A stretch of DNA of 64,000 nt from Octopus sinensis. Its lineage: Eukaryota. A program made the translations under genes and the position numbers. The notes under the pieces were generated by a model. It was not told the DNA's origin. It worked only from the letters and a program-made list of their open reading frames with translations, and searched no databases. Position 1 is the stretch's first letter, and the number at the start of each line of letters is the position of its first letter. Below are positions 14,083 through 25,377 of this stretch, piece by piece. The DNA lies in assembly GCF_006345805.1 (NCBI RefSeq), contig NC_042999.1, positions 79,484,001 to 79,548,000 on the forward strand. The letters run 5' to 3'.

Positions 14083-14905
14083 TATATACATATATATATA
14101 TATGTATGTATATAAAATATATATATATGTATATATAAAATATATATATATGTGTGTATATTCTAGGTGGTAGTGGTGCATCTCCGTCGACCAACTAAAT
14201 AATCTGCTCCTGCGTTTAAGTGACTGAGTATTCTACAAACACGTATATCTTTTATATAATATTCAGGTGAACTTAGTCTGTGTTTGTGTGCGACATGGCT
14301 GTAGTTTTTGAACTTCGGTTACAATATAGGATAGAGGTTTCATCTACCCATTTTTTCTCACTAAGTACGATTCGATAACAAGGCTGTAAAAAGTAATACT
14401 GACTCAAGATGTCACGTACTTATATCTTAAGCAAATACTACATATTACAAATAAAATTGTTTCAAGAATGTTGTATCGCCAAAGATTTAAACGAACCAAG
14501 CAGTTCTCAGCTGATGCTTACTGGAAAACATGGGAAACGATGTTAATAGTCTAGTTCCCAGAGTATTGTGTCTAGTTCGACAAATTATTGCGTGATTCCA
14601 TGAAGCCTTTTAAATCTATCAACTATGAATTAAGACCGTATTAGATTTGTCTGCTACAATTTTCCACGCTATCCAACTCCTTAATTCTCTATCGCATTCT
14701 CGCTTCAACTCTCCGTGTCAGCTGTGTGTGTTTGTGTGTATGCATGCATACACATACATGTTTACTTCCACATACACACATACACACACACACGCATACA
14801 TGGATATATATACAATAACATTGCTATATTATGAAGAACGAGAGAGGTATCGTGCTCAATACGTGTCATAGCGGATAGCGTTTTTTTATTGAAACAAAGT
14901 TTGTG

Positions 14906-14936
<31 letters not shown>

Positions 14937-15034
14937 ATGCGCGCGTGTGTGTGTGTGCCTAGATGACCACATCGTTTCAGCAAAACGAATTTTCCTTAAG
15001 GATTAACTGAGATTGTCTGAAACAACTTAAACAT

Positions 15035-15340
15035 TGATAAACTTGAATATGCTTTGACCCAAAATTGGTCCAAGCCTTGTCTAAATTAATAGCATCATCT
15101 AATAGGTTACATCAAGTTTTGTGGTATCATGGCCCATTCAAGTAGATAGTTATTGACTGAGATTTATCCAGGTCACCTGACTTATCTGTCATACCTTCAG
15201 GAAATTTGTCTAGGTGTCGTTTGAATGTGACGGGATCTTTGGGATAATGCTAAATAGAGCAACACCTGTTGAGGAAAAGAAATTATGTTGCTGTGTATTT
15301 ACGCGTTGTGAACTTGACATGGGTAGGGGGAACAGGGCGT
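15035..15340 (-). mobile_element. 3' fragment of CR1-like LINE (same family as 53575-54607)
   Basis: Reverse complement encodes ..HNFFSSTGVALFSIIP..KDPVTFKRHLDKF and matches the 3' UTR at 54528-54597. Confidence 0.8.
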
Positions 15341-15379
15341 GTTGTGTGTGTGTGCGTTTGTGCGTGTCTACTGCCATGA

Positions 15380-15562
15380 TTGACCGCTAGCTCCAACAAT
15401 TATTTTATTCTCTCTCTGTTTATTTCCTCGTGTTCCTTTCTGTTGAAGAGCGTAGGCTCGAAACGTAAAAGACTTTCTCACATTCCCGAGCGCTAAACTA
15501 ATACACCTGGTTGTTGTTTATACAGCTGCCTTCGTCTTTTGTTTTTCTGCAAATTTCATTCT
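15380..15562 (+). mobile_element. About 180-bp dispersed repeat (Penelope pLTR-like) with hammerhead-like motif
   Basis: Homologous to 41345-41495 and 55730-55935; ends at a (TA)n tract. Confidence 0.7.
15436..15471 (+). ncRNA. Minimal type-I hammerhead-like motif with A6U core variant
   Basis: CTTT-CTGTTGA-A-GAGC(GTAG)GCTC-GAAAC-GTA-AAAG: stem I CUUU/AAAG, stem II GAGC/GCUC, loopless palindromic stem III (ACGU). Confidence 0.55.
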
Positions 15563-16275
15563 TATATATATATATATATATATATAATACTACAAAATAT
15601 ATATACAATATAATATATATAATATATATGTATGTATATATATGGCTAAATGAATACATATAAACCTAAATACATGATATACATACCTGCAGTTATACAC
15701 ACATATAGGTACATACACAGATATATATATATTCATCCCCCGACTCCTAGTCCATGTACGCACACACTCACACACACACCCAGTCACATCTGTATTTATG
15801 AGGCATCCTCAAATTTCAACAAAATCGCAGACGTGTGCGTGTCAGAATGTATGCTTACGTATGTCCTTAAGTGTATAGTTTGTGCAACTGCGTACATAGG
15901 TAGATTTCTGTGCGTTTGTGAGTGTATGCGTGATTGGGTGCGAGTGTGCGTCTGGGCATGTGTATAAATGTGTGTAATAAAATACACACCTCTGTTTAAT
16001 TGAATAACACCTGCTTGAGGCGTTGAAATAATAAATGTTTCGATAATTGGTTCATTCAATAACCGTAACACATCAATCTTGTTGATGAGTTGTTATCAAT
16101 GTCTCATAGACTTTTGTGTCTGAATGTGCCGTCATATAAACAGGTATACACGTGTGGATGTGTATATATGTGTGTATATGTGTGTCTGATATAAAGTGAA
16201 GAAAAATGTTGGGCGCATATATATATACACATATATATATATATATTATATAGTATATTATATATATAATATATA

Positions 16276-16326
<51 letters not shown>

Positions 16327-17885
16327 TAAAGGTATGTGTGCATGCGCAGATGTATGTATATGTATGTATATATATATATACATATATATGAATACATATA
16401 TATATATATACACATACATGAATACATAACTACATCTCTTTCCACCTCTCTCTCCCTCTCTGTCTGTCACTCCCTCCTCATTCTCCGAAAGATAGTGTTA
16501 CTCTATATCTATACATATGTGCGCATGTGTGAATTGCTTTCTGTACGCATGTGCATATATATACGTATATACGTACATATCTCTCATAAACACAGAGAAC
16601 TCTTAGAACACACAGACGTACGCACACACACAACGCTAATTTTGTCTGTGTTGCCATACTGTTGATGTGAAATTTTGTATCGTGACAAAATCTATATTGA
16701 GAGAGTCATTTTGCCATGACAAAACACACGCACTGGTACTCTTTAACTTCGTCTCAGTATAATTACCCAACTTGTTCACTAATTAACCATTGGTTGATCA
16801 ATTAATCAATCAGTTATGTCAGTGTCTTTTCATTATTTTTGCGACTTCATCAATAACATGCCCTTGTTAGTTGCATGTTCACATACATATATACATATAT
16901 GTACATACACACACGCACACATACACACACGCACACAAACACACACACATATATACATATACATATATATTATATATATATATATGTATATATATATATG
17001 TATTATATATATTATATATATGCATACATATATATAATATATATGTGCATATATACGCTTGTGTGTATATATATACTTGTATACATATATCTATATATAT
17101 CCTCACACACACACACATATATATATACCTACACGCATACATATGATAGATATGTACATATGTATATATGTATCTATCTGCTGCTATGCTGGGGTGCCAC
17201 ATTTGGATTGCTTGATTTGCGACTCTTTTACTATTTGAAACCTCCTCTGTTATATATGGCTTTTTGTGAACGAGGGAATTTAATGTTGCTGCCATCATCT
17301 ACGCTTCTTGCCAAGAGGTAGGTTTATCAGAATCTCTTGAGAAGAAACCCAAGGTCTTGTATTATCTGGTCCTGTATTCTGATGGTAATGTTGGCAATTT
17401 TTCCGCTATGCAGTGGGGTTCCGTTCTGACGTTTGCGTAACTTTCAATGCCAAAGTTTAATATTATTTATGAAAGTTTACAGAAGGGATTTAATTTTACG
17501 TTATCGTTTCGGAATGTCGTCAAGAGGTTTGCTGTTACAACATTATATTCATGTCTTTCGTAGTCCGAGTCAGTTCTGCAATTTGTTGCTGAACGACTTG
17601 GACAAATGATTTCTTCATAGAGATCAAATATATGTACTGTATATTAGTTCACTTCCTTCGTCAAATCGGTGTTTCCTGAACAGATGCACGATGCTTCATC
17701 CACCGGGTGTCGACGTGATCGCAGAGCAACGTGAAGTGTCATGTTTTGCTCAAGCATACAATACACCACCCGGTTCAAGAATTAAAACCACAATCAAACA
17801 ATCATGAGTGCAACGCCTAAACCACTATGCCCTGTGCCCTCATAACACACACACATACACACACATAAGTATCCGTACAACAATA

Positions 17886-18103
17886 CGAGGGTGTGTTGAA
17901 AAGTTTCTGACTTTGGGTAAAAGAAAAATACAGGATGATCAGTTAATTTTGATTTTAGCCAACATATCCTCTATCAGATTCGCACAATTATTGCCTGCGA
18001 TACTTCAGTTTGTCTAAGCCCTGAGAAAGAACTCCGAAATTTGTGCCTTCAACTAGACCTTTCGCGATCCTCTTAAAGCTAAGAACTTTTCAGCATTCCC
18101 TCG
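17886..18103. mobile_element. Mariner-type MITE (218 bp)
   Basis: TA-CGAGGGTGTGTTGAAAAGTTT ... GAACTTTTCAGCATTCCCTCG-TA imperfect TIRs with TA duplication. Confidence 0.8.
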
Positions 18104-19113
18104 TACATGTGTATGTGTATGTATGCATATATGTCTGTCTATACACAATCAGGTCCAAACACTGGCTCATACACACGCGGGTTTGTGCCTGCATATATAC
18201 ATATCTATATAAAATATGTATATTCTCATATATAGACTCATTGTTACACACATATATATAATAAACATATACAGATGAATATGCACATACATATACACAA
18301 AAACATGTATGTGTGGACATATATATATATATAATTATACATACACATTAACATTAAACTATACGTATGCTCATGCACATCCGAATACACACATATATAT
18401 GAACATATATACGTGTGCAAATACATGTATGTGATATATATAATACACTGCTTGTACCTGTATGAAAGAAAATAACATTTTATTGAGAAAATCACATTAA
18501 CATTTTTTTACACTCTCTTACGCGTTAACAGATTTATTTCCATAGTTAATCACTGTAATTATATTTATAATTATGTTTAACACCTCATTTTTTAAATACG
18601 TCTTAGTCTCACACCTTACGAATTACGACTGTTGTACGTGTATGTGAATGTACGTATGCATCTGTGTATGTATGTGTGTGTGTGTGTGTTTGTGCGTGTG
18701 TGTGTGTATGTGTGTATTATATGTGTGTGGATACATATACGCGTAATTTGTGTGCCAATATATATGTATAATAACTGTATTACGTCTTATTTTCATTTAA
18801 AATTTCGATATATATTAAATAGTTGTACGTTCGCACACACACACACACACACACACACAGGCACACATACGTACATGCATACACACACGCAAGCATACAT
18901 ATGTACATGCATACACACATACATATATACCACTATATATATATATATGTGTGTGTGTGTGTAATATACATATATATATATATGCGAGCGTTGGGTACAT
19001 CTGAAAGTATGAGCTATTATATAAATATAACCGTGTATTACTGATTACTGGATATAATATAAGCATATATATATATATATATACATACATATATATGTAT
19101 GTATATATGTATG

Positions 19114-19148
<35 letters not shown>

Positions 19149-19269
19149 GTATGCGTATATATGTATGATATATATGTATGTATATATATATATATGTATA
19201 TATATATATGTATGTATATATATGTATATATATATGTATATATATATATATGTATATATTATATATATA

Positions 19270-19337
<68 letters not shown>

Positions 19338-19718
19338 TCTGTATACGTTCACACACCCAAGCGTGCATAGACATACCAATAATTCGTACTTACAAGTATG
19401 ATGAAAAGGTTATACCTTTGAGACTGACAGATCAACAGTATATTGGTGTGGCCTAAAATAATACAGCCGAATTAAAATACAAGCCGAATTAGAATACAAG
19501 CGACCAGACATTGTACTTTTAGGAGACAAAATATAAACATATACTACGTTGTCGGAATGAGCTGTCTGCTTGACACTACATTAGTGTATAAAATTCATGA
19601 GAAATAAAACATATCCGGACCATTGATATGCAGTTTATACATCAGGTCAGGAAGTGAAACAACAGCAGAGCCACCGAACACCAATGCATATGTGTGTGTG
19701 TATATGTATGTAAGTATG

Positions 19719-19749
<31 letters not shown>

Positions 19750-19830
19750 TATATATATTAAACACACACACACAACACACACACACACACAACACACACA
19801 CAAACACACACACACAACACACACACACAC

Positions 19831-19928
<98 letters not shown>

Positions 19929-20317
19929 AGAGAAACATGACACAGGGAAGAACGGAAAATATACACAACATACGGACGTGCTCATTCCTCGTCAGTCATC
20001 GTTCCCTAAGATCCTTATAATATCATTATATATATATACATATATTATATATATACATATATATATATATGTAGAGAGAGAGGGGGGGAGAGGGGGAGAC
20101 AAAGAGAGATGTGTAAACAAAGAGAGATATGTATATGGGCATCATGCATTTATTTGTTCTTACATCTGTTTCTGATATGCATTTTTTGGTGTGTTAATGA
20201 CTCAGCCTAATCAGTCGGTCAAATGATGAATTGAAAATAGTGAAGGACTGATGCATTTATAACAGCAGTAGGCGTAAGAAGCATATTGTCCGGATTGATA
20301 ATCCCTGATTAATAACT

Positions 20318-20735
20318 TGTAGTGATGCTACAGTGTAGGGTTCGGCGCGCATGCGCAGAATGGGACTACTTCCGGGTGGCCACCGGAAGTCTTCCCCATG
20401 CGCATGTGCGGGAAAACATCTCTCGAGCCCGCGAACCTCAAATCTCTCTCTTCGGCTCAAGACAGCACTGCGATCGGTCACGGTTTTCCTGGCTCTGACA
20501 GCCACACACCAGCTTCAACCAACTTCAACCAACCTCAACGACCAACACCAGCAGTATATCAGAGGCTGTCTATTCCCCCATCAGACAACGTACAACCATG
20601 AATCAATAAACCAAGTTGTCTGTTCACCTTTAACCTGAGTTTCGTCTGTTTGTTTTCTACAAGAATTTTTGTATGTGACTAGAAAGGATCTCGACACCCT
20701 GCCAGTGCTTCGATGATAGATCCTTTCACGTTACA
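20318..20735 (+). repeat. 5' LTR
   Basis: TGTAGTG...GTTACA; AATAAA at 20605-20610; differs from the 3' LTR only at 20599 (T vs C) and 20723 (C vs A) by visual alignment. Confidence 0.97.
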
Positions 20736-20737
20736 AT

Positions 20738-20747
20738 TGGTGACCCC
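20738..20747 (+). promoter_or_regulatory. Primer binding site complementary to tRNA-Trp 3' end
   Basis: TGGTGACCCC 2 nt after the 5' LTR; equals the first 10 nt of the tRNA-Trp PBS (TGGTGACCCCGACGTGAT) known from avian retroviruses and the CsRn1 clade. Confidence 0.85.
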
Positions 20748-21112
20748 TAGTTGAGAAAAAGAACAGGATAGAAAAAGACACAGCGAACAGGTTTTTTTGG
20801 GGCCGAAGAGCGCGGAAATTCACATTTATTTTCCTATTTTCTCCTTTTCAGCACGGCGAGGTGGGTCAAATAGCCTTATTCATCGCACACAGTACAAAAA
20901 AAAAAAAACAAAGAAAAAGAAAACACACAACATTCATTTTTTTTTCCTTTTCTGTATTTTGTTTTCCTTGTACACACCTATTCCTTTTTTTGCTACCCAC
21001 GAGGTGCACACACAAACACAATTTTGAATTGCCTTCTCGGTTCCACGTGTTCTCTCTCCACTTCTAGACCATACCTTCTGCCCCCTTCTCACAGATTCCT
21101 TCCGACAAAGGC

Positions 21113-21594
21113 ATGGCTTCAGGTTTGCCTTCATTTACGGGGGATATGGGCCTGTGGTTTGCCCAAGTGGAGTGGTATTTTGATGCACATGCCATTTCTC
21201 CACAGCAGCAGTTGCACCTGCTATATTCCGGCTTACATCCCCGACTCGCCGCATCGATCAGGGATCTATAATAAGTCCCCACCCGGATGCCACATACGCG
21301 TCTGTGAAAGCAGAAATCCTCCGCCGCAACACACGTTCGGGGGAGAGCAATATTCAGATTGCCACGATGGCCGATGGAATACTGGAATTTCCGAATCCAT
21401 CTCCATCGCGAGGCCTCTGTGCATGTATAGGGGGCCCTGCGCAAATTTCACTAGCCGAGCGGATTGATGCGCTCACGCGGCGAATCGACGATCTATCCCG
21501 TGCGATCGAGCGCCGACAACGCAGTCGTAGTCGCTCTACCAAAAGGGCAGATCGGTGTACCCAGCCGTGCACTTTCAAGCCCTCGGAAAACTAA
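21113..21594 (+). CDS. gag: Gag, short (about 160 aa after restoring one missing base near 21268)
   Basis: MASGLPSFTGDMGLWFAQVEWYF..SIRDL/IISPHPDATYASVKAEILRR..MADGILE..RQRSRSRS..ADRCTQPCTF..SEN*; LPxF..WFAQVE and RSRSRS..CxxPC are typical of this lineage. Confidence 0.8.
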
Positions 21595-21625
21595 ATCCGG
21601 AGGAGGTGAGCACGTCACCTTCTTC
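21585..21625 (+). promoter_or_regulatory. Predicted -1 programmed ribosomal frameshift signal (gag-pol)
   Basis: G_GAA_AAC (21585-21591) directly before the gag stop, 7-nt spacer, then an 11-bp stem GGAGGAGGUGA(GCACG)UCACCUUCUUC; pol is in the -1 frame. Confidence 0.8.
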
Positions 21626-24600
21626 CATCTCGTTTCCCAAACATCGTGCATTCTATGTAAAAGATCTGGTGTCGAAGACATTCTTCATGGTAGACACCGG
21701 TTCCTGTTGCAGCATCTGGCCCCTTCGTCTGGCTGCAGACAAGCCGAAGCGCTCTTCGATTGTCTTGCATGCTATTGACTCGTCTCCCATAACCACTTAC
21801 GGTCAGATTTCGCTGCGCCTCAACCTCAACCTTCGCCGAGACTTTCGATGGGTTTTCGTCATCGCTGACATCCCACATCCTATTCTCGGCGCTGATTTCC
21901 TGGATAGGTTTAACCTATTGGTGGATGTCAGGCGTCGGAGGCTTCTTGATAGCACGACGTCGCTCTCTACACCGACTGGGAGTTCCACCACTGCGGTCCT
22001 TAGCCCGACATTCTTTGTTGCCACCTCTGGAGACCCATTTCACTCTCTTTTGGTTTCATTTCCGGAGCTAGTGGACATTGCCTTTAAACCGGAAAATCCT
22101 ACCCACTCGACCCTCCATTTCATCACCACCAATGGGCCACCTGTATTCTCACGCCCCCGGCGCCTAGCGCCAGACCGACTTAAAACGGCCAGAGCCGAGT
22201 TTGAGCACATGCTTCAACTTGGCCTTATACGCCCCTCCACCAGCCCATGGGCATCTCCCCTTCATTTGGCGCGAAAGGGCGAGTCTGATTTTCGCCCGGT
22301 TGGAGACTATCGACGCCTCAATGCCGTCACAATAGCCGATCGCTATCCGATAGAAATCTCCGGGACTTCACAGCAAATCTCCATGGTTGTACCATTTTTT
22401 CGAAGGTCGATCTGATACGCGCTTACCACCAAATACCGGTCAACCCAGCCGACGTTCCAAAAACTGCAATCACTACCCCGTTTGGGTGTTTTGAGTTTTT
22501 GTACATGAGTTTCGGTTTGCGGAATGCTACTAGCACCTTCCAGCGTTTCATTGATGAGGTTGTCCGCGGTCTTGATTTTGTGTTTGCCTATGTCGATGAC
22601 ATACTCATTGCGAGCGACACACGAGAAAATCATCTCCGGCACCTTTCTCAACTCTTCCAGCGTCTTCGCGCGTATAGCATACGCATAAACCCCGACAAGT
22701 GTGTTTTCGGACGCTCTTCCCTAGATTTTCTAGGGCATCATATTGATTCGACTGGAATCAGCCCCCTCTCGTCAAAAGTCGATGCCATTCAACGCATCGC
22801 ACCCCCCACTTCCTTGCGCCAGCTCAGGCATTATCTAGGGATGGTCAATTTCTACCGACGCTTCATTCCCGGTTGTGCAGATAAGCTGCTACCTCTCACC
22901 AGGCTGTTAAAGGACTCTCCTAGAAAGGACAGTCAAGTCACCCTCTCTGTTGAGGCAGTGACAGCCTTTGAGTCCATTAAGAAGGAGCTGGCTTCTGTTT
23001 CTTTGCTTGCACATCCAGTTCCTGGTGCTTCTCTCTCTTTGACTGTGGACGCATCGGACACTGCGATTGGCGCTGTGTTACAACACACAGTGGATGACCA
23101 TGTTCGACCTCTAGCCTTCTTTTCCCGTCAACTGCAACCAGCTGAACGACGATACAGCACCTTTGATCGTGAGCTCCTAGCGATCTACCTATCGGTTCGT
23201 CATTTCCAGCATCAACTTGAAGGGCGAGATTTTGTGATCTATACGGATCACAAGCCCCTTACGTTTGCCCTGTTTTCAAAAACGGACAAACTCTCACCCC
23301 GTGCTTTTCGGCACCTGGATTTTATCTCTCAATTTACTAGCAACATTCGACACATACCTGGAAAAGAGAACGTTCCTGCTGACGCTCTCTCTCGCCTTCC
23401 AGTTTGCGCCCTTTCGTCTCCTGCTGCTATCGACTTAGCTGCCATATCGCAGGAGCAGCCACCTTTGGCGTCGTTAGATTTAACTTCTCCCAAGTTCTCC
23501 TGTTGCCAGTTTTCCTACCTTCCGCTTCCGTCAGCCGAAGGCACCATTCTTTGTGACACTTCAACTGGATCTCCCAGGCCACTGGTGCCTGAGAACCATC
23601 AACGCTCAGTGTTTGAAGCACTGCACTCCTTATCACATCCTGGCATCGCTGCCACCCTCAAACTAATCACTGCTCGGTTTTTCTGGCCGAATATGCGTCG
23701 CACAATTACTTGTTGGACACGCACCTGCTCCAAGTGTCAACGATCCAAGATTCAACGGCACGTTCGTGCCCCGCTTGGACAATTTCCCCCACGGAGGCCC
23801 GTTTTCGCCATGTCCACATCGATCTGGTTGGACCATGGCCTGTGAGTCGCGGGTTCTCTTATCTATTAACTTGTGTCGATCGTTTCTCCCGCTGGCCAGA
23901 AGCCATTCCGATAGCAGACATTTCTGCTGAGACTGTTGCGCGAGCTTTCGTTTCAAACTGGATTTCTCGTTTCGGAGTCCCGTCCCGATTGACAACTGAT
24001 CGTGGACGACAGTTTGAGGCCTCGCTATTTCGCGAATTGTCGCGAATTTTGGGTATGCACCATATCCACACCACAAGCTACCATCCAGCGTCTAATGGAT
24101 GGTTGAGCGGTTCCATAGACAGCTCAAGGCCGCTCTTCGTGCCTCTTCGGACCCACAGTCCTGGATCGAATTTCTGCCCATTGTGCTTCTCGGCTGTCGG
24201 ACTGCTGTCAAGGCAGACCTGGGGTTTTCTGCTGCAGAGCTGCTGTATGGTACCACACTGGCATTGCCCGGTACGATGTTGGTGCCAGACACTTCCCCGC
24301 CCCATGATCCGGCGACCTATGTCACCAGACTGCGGGAATATTTTTCAAACCTTCCGCCCATGCTTCCCAGAAAGCAATCTCCACCGTCCCATCTTCCACC
24401 GGATATGAACACCTGGTCGCATGTTTTTGTTCGGGACGATTCTGTGAAGGGCCCACTTGTTTCTCCCTATAAAGGACCTTTTCGTGTGCTTTCTCGCACA
24501 CCAAAGGTTTTCACGATTGAGATAAATGGTCGTTCGGAGACCGTTTCCGTGGACCGTTTAAAAAAGGCACATTTTGAGACGTCTTCATCTTTTGATGACA

Positions 24601-24830
24601 ACCTTGACACACCCACCTATGCACCTTTAACAACACTTTCACCTGCACAAACGCCTTCACCTGCACAAACGCCTTCACCTGCACAAACGCCTTCACTGCA
24701 CAAAACACCTTCACCGGCTCCTACAACACCACCCTCGCCGTCAACGGGTGCCCCGAGCACACCGTATGTTACAAAATCGGGCAGAACAGTGCATTGGCCC
24801 AAGAAACTTTCAAAAACAATTTACATTTAA
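21585..24830 (+). CDS. pol: Pol polyprotein (aspartic protease, RT, RNase H, integrase with GPY/F), broken by three 1-bp deletions at about 22352, 23790 and 24098
   Basis: MVDTGS and ILGADFL protease; DYRRLN, AYHQIP, FGLRNA, YVDD RT; DASD..RELLA..TDHKPL..ADALSR RNase H; HSLSHPG..CSKC, HIDLVGP..TDRG..VERFH integrase; PYKGPF. Confidence 0.95.
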
Positions 24831-24947
24831 CTTTCTTTAAAATGTTTCTTATTGTATAATAGTATGTACCAAGTCTTCTGGGGGATCGGCAAGCCTTCTG
24901 TTTTCTGCAGCACCACCACAATATTCTGGTTGCCGTACTTCGCACTC

Positions 24948-24956
24948 GGAGGGGAG
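24948..24956 (+). promoter_or_regulatory. Polypurine tract
   Basis: GGAGGGGAG 3 nt upstream of the 3' LTR. Confidence 0.8.
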
Positions 24957-24959
24957 CCC

Positions 24960-25377
24960 TGTAGTGATGCTACAGTGTAGGGTTCGGCGCGCATGCGCAG
25001 AATGGGACTACTTCCGGGTGGCCACCGGAAGTCTTCCCCATGCGCATGTGCGGGAAAACATCTCTCGAGCCCGCGAACCTCAAATCTCTCTCTTCGGCTC
25101 AAGACAGCACTGCGATCGGTCACGGTTTTCCTGGCTCTGACAGCCACACACCAGCTTCAACCAACTTCAACCAACCTCAACGACCAACACCAGCAGTATA
25201 TCAGAGGCTGTCTATTCCCCCATCAGACAACGTACAACCACGAATCAATAAACCAAGTTGTCTGTTCACCTTTAACCTGAGTTTCGTCTGTTTGTTTTCT
25301 ACAAGAATTTTTGTATGTGACTAGAAAGGATCTCGACACCCTGCCAGTGCTTCGATGATAGATCATTTCACGTTACA
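24960..25377 (+). repeat. 3' LTR
   Basis: 418-bp direct repeat of 20318-20735, followed by the AACT TSD. Confidence 0.97.

Larger units (their letters stand above)
20318..25377 (+). mobile_element. Full-length Ty3/gypsy LTR retrotransposon, CsRn1/Boudicca/Kabuki-like lineage
   Basis: TG..CA LTRs of 418 bp; 4-bp TSD AACT (20314-20317 and 25378-25381); tRNA-Trp-type PBS; PPT; gag followed by PR-RT-RH-IN order. Confidence 0.97.

Noticed and set aside
20257-20638. ORFs in and antisense to the LTR (repeated at 24827-25324)
   Set aside because: By-products of GC-rich LTR sequence; no recognisable domain and not an env gene.
21024-21467. 147-aa ORF upstream of pol as candidate gag or accessory gene
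   Set aside because: The Gag motifs lie in the other two frames (21113-21268 and 21268-21594); this is a shadow frame.
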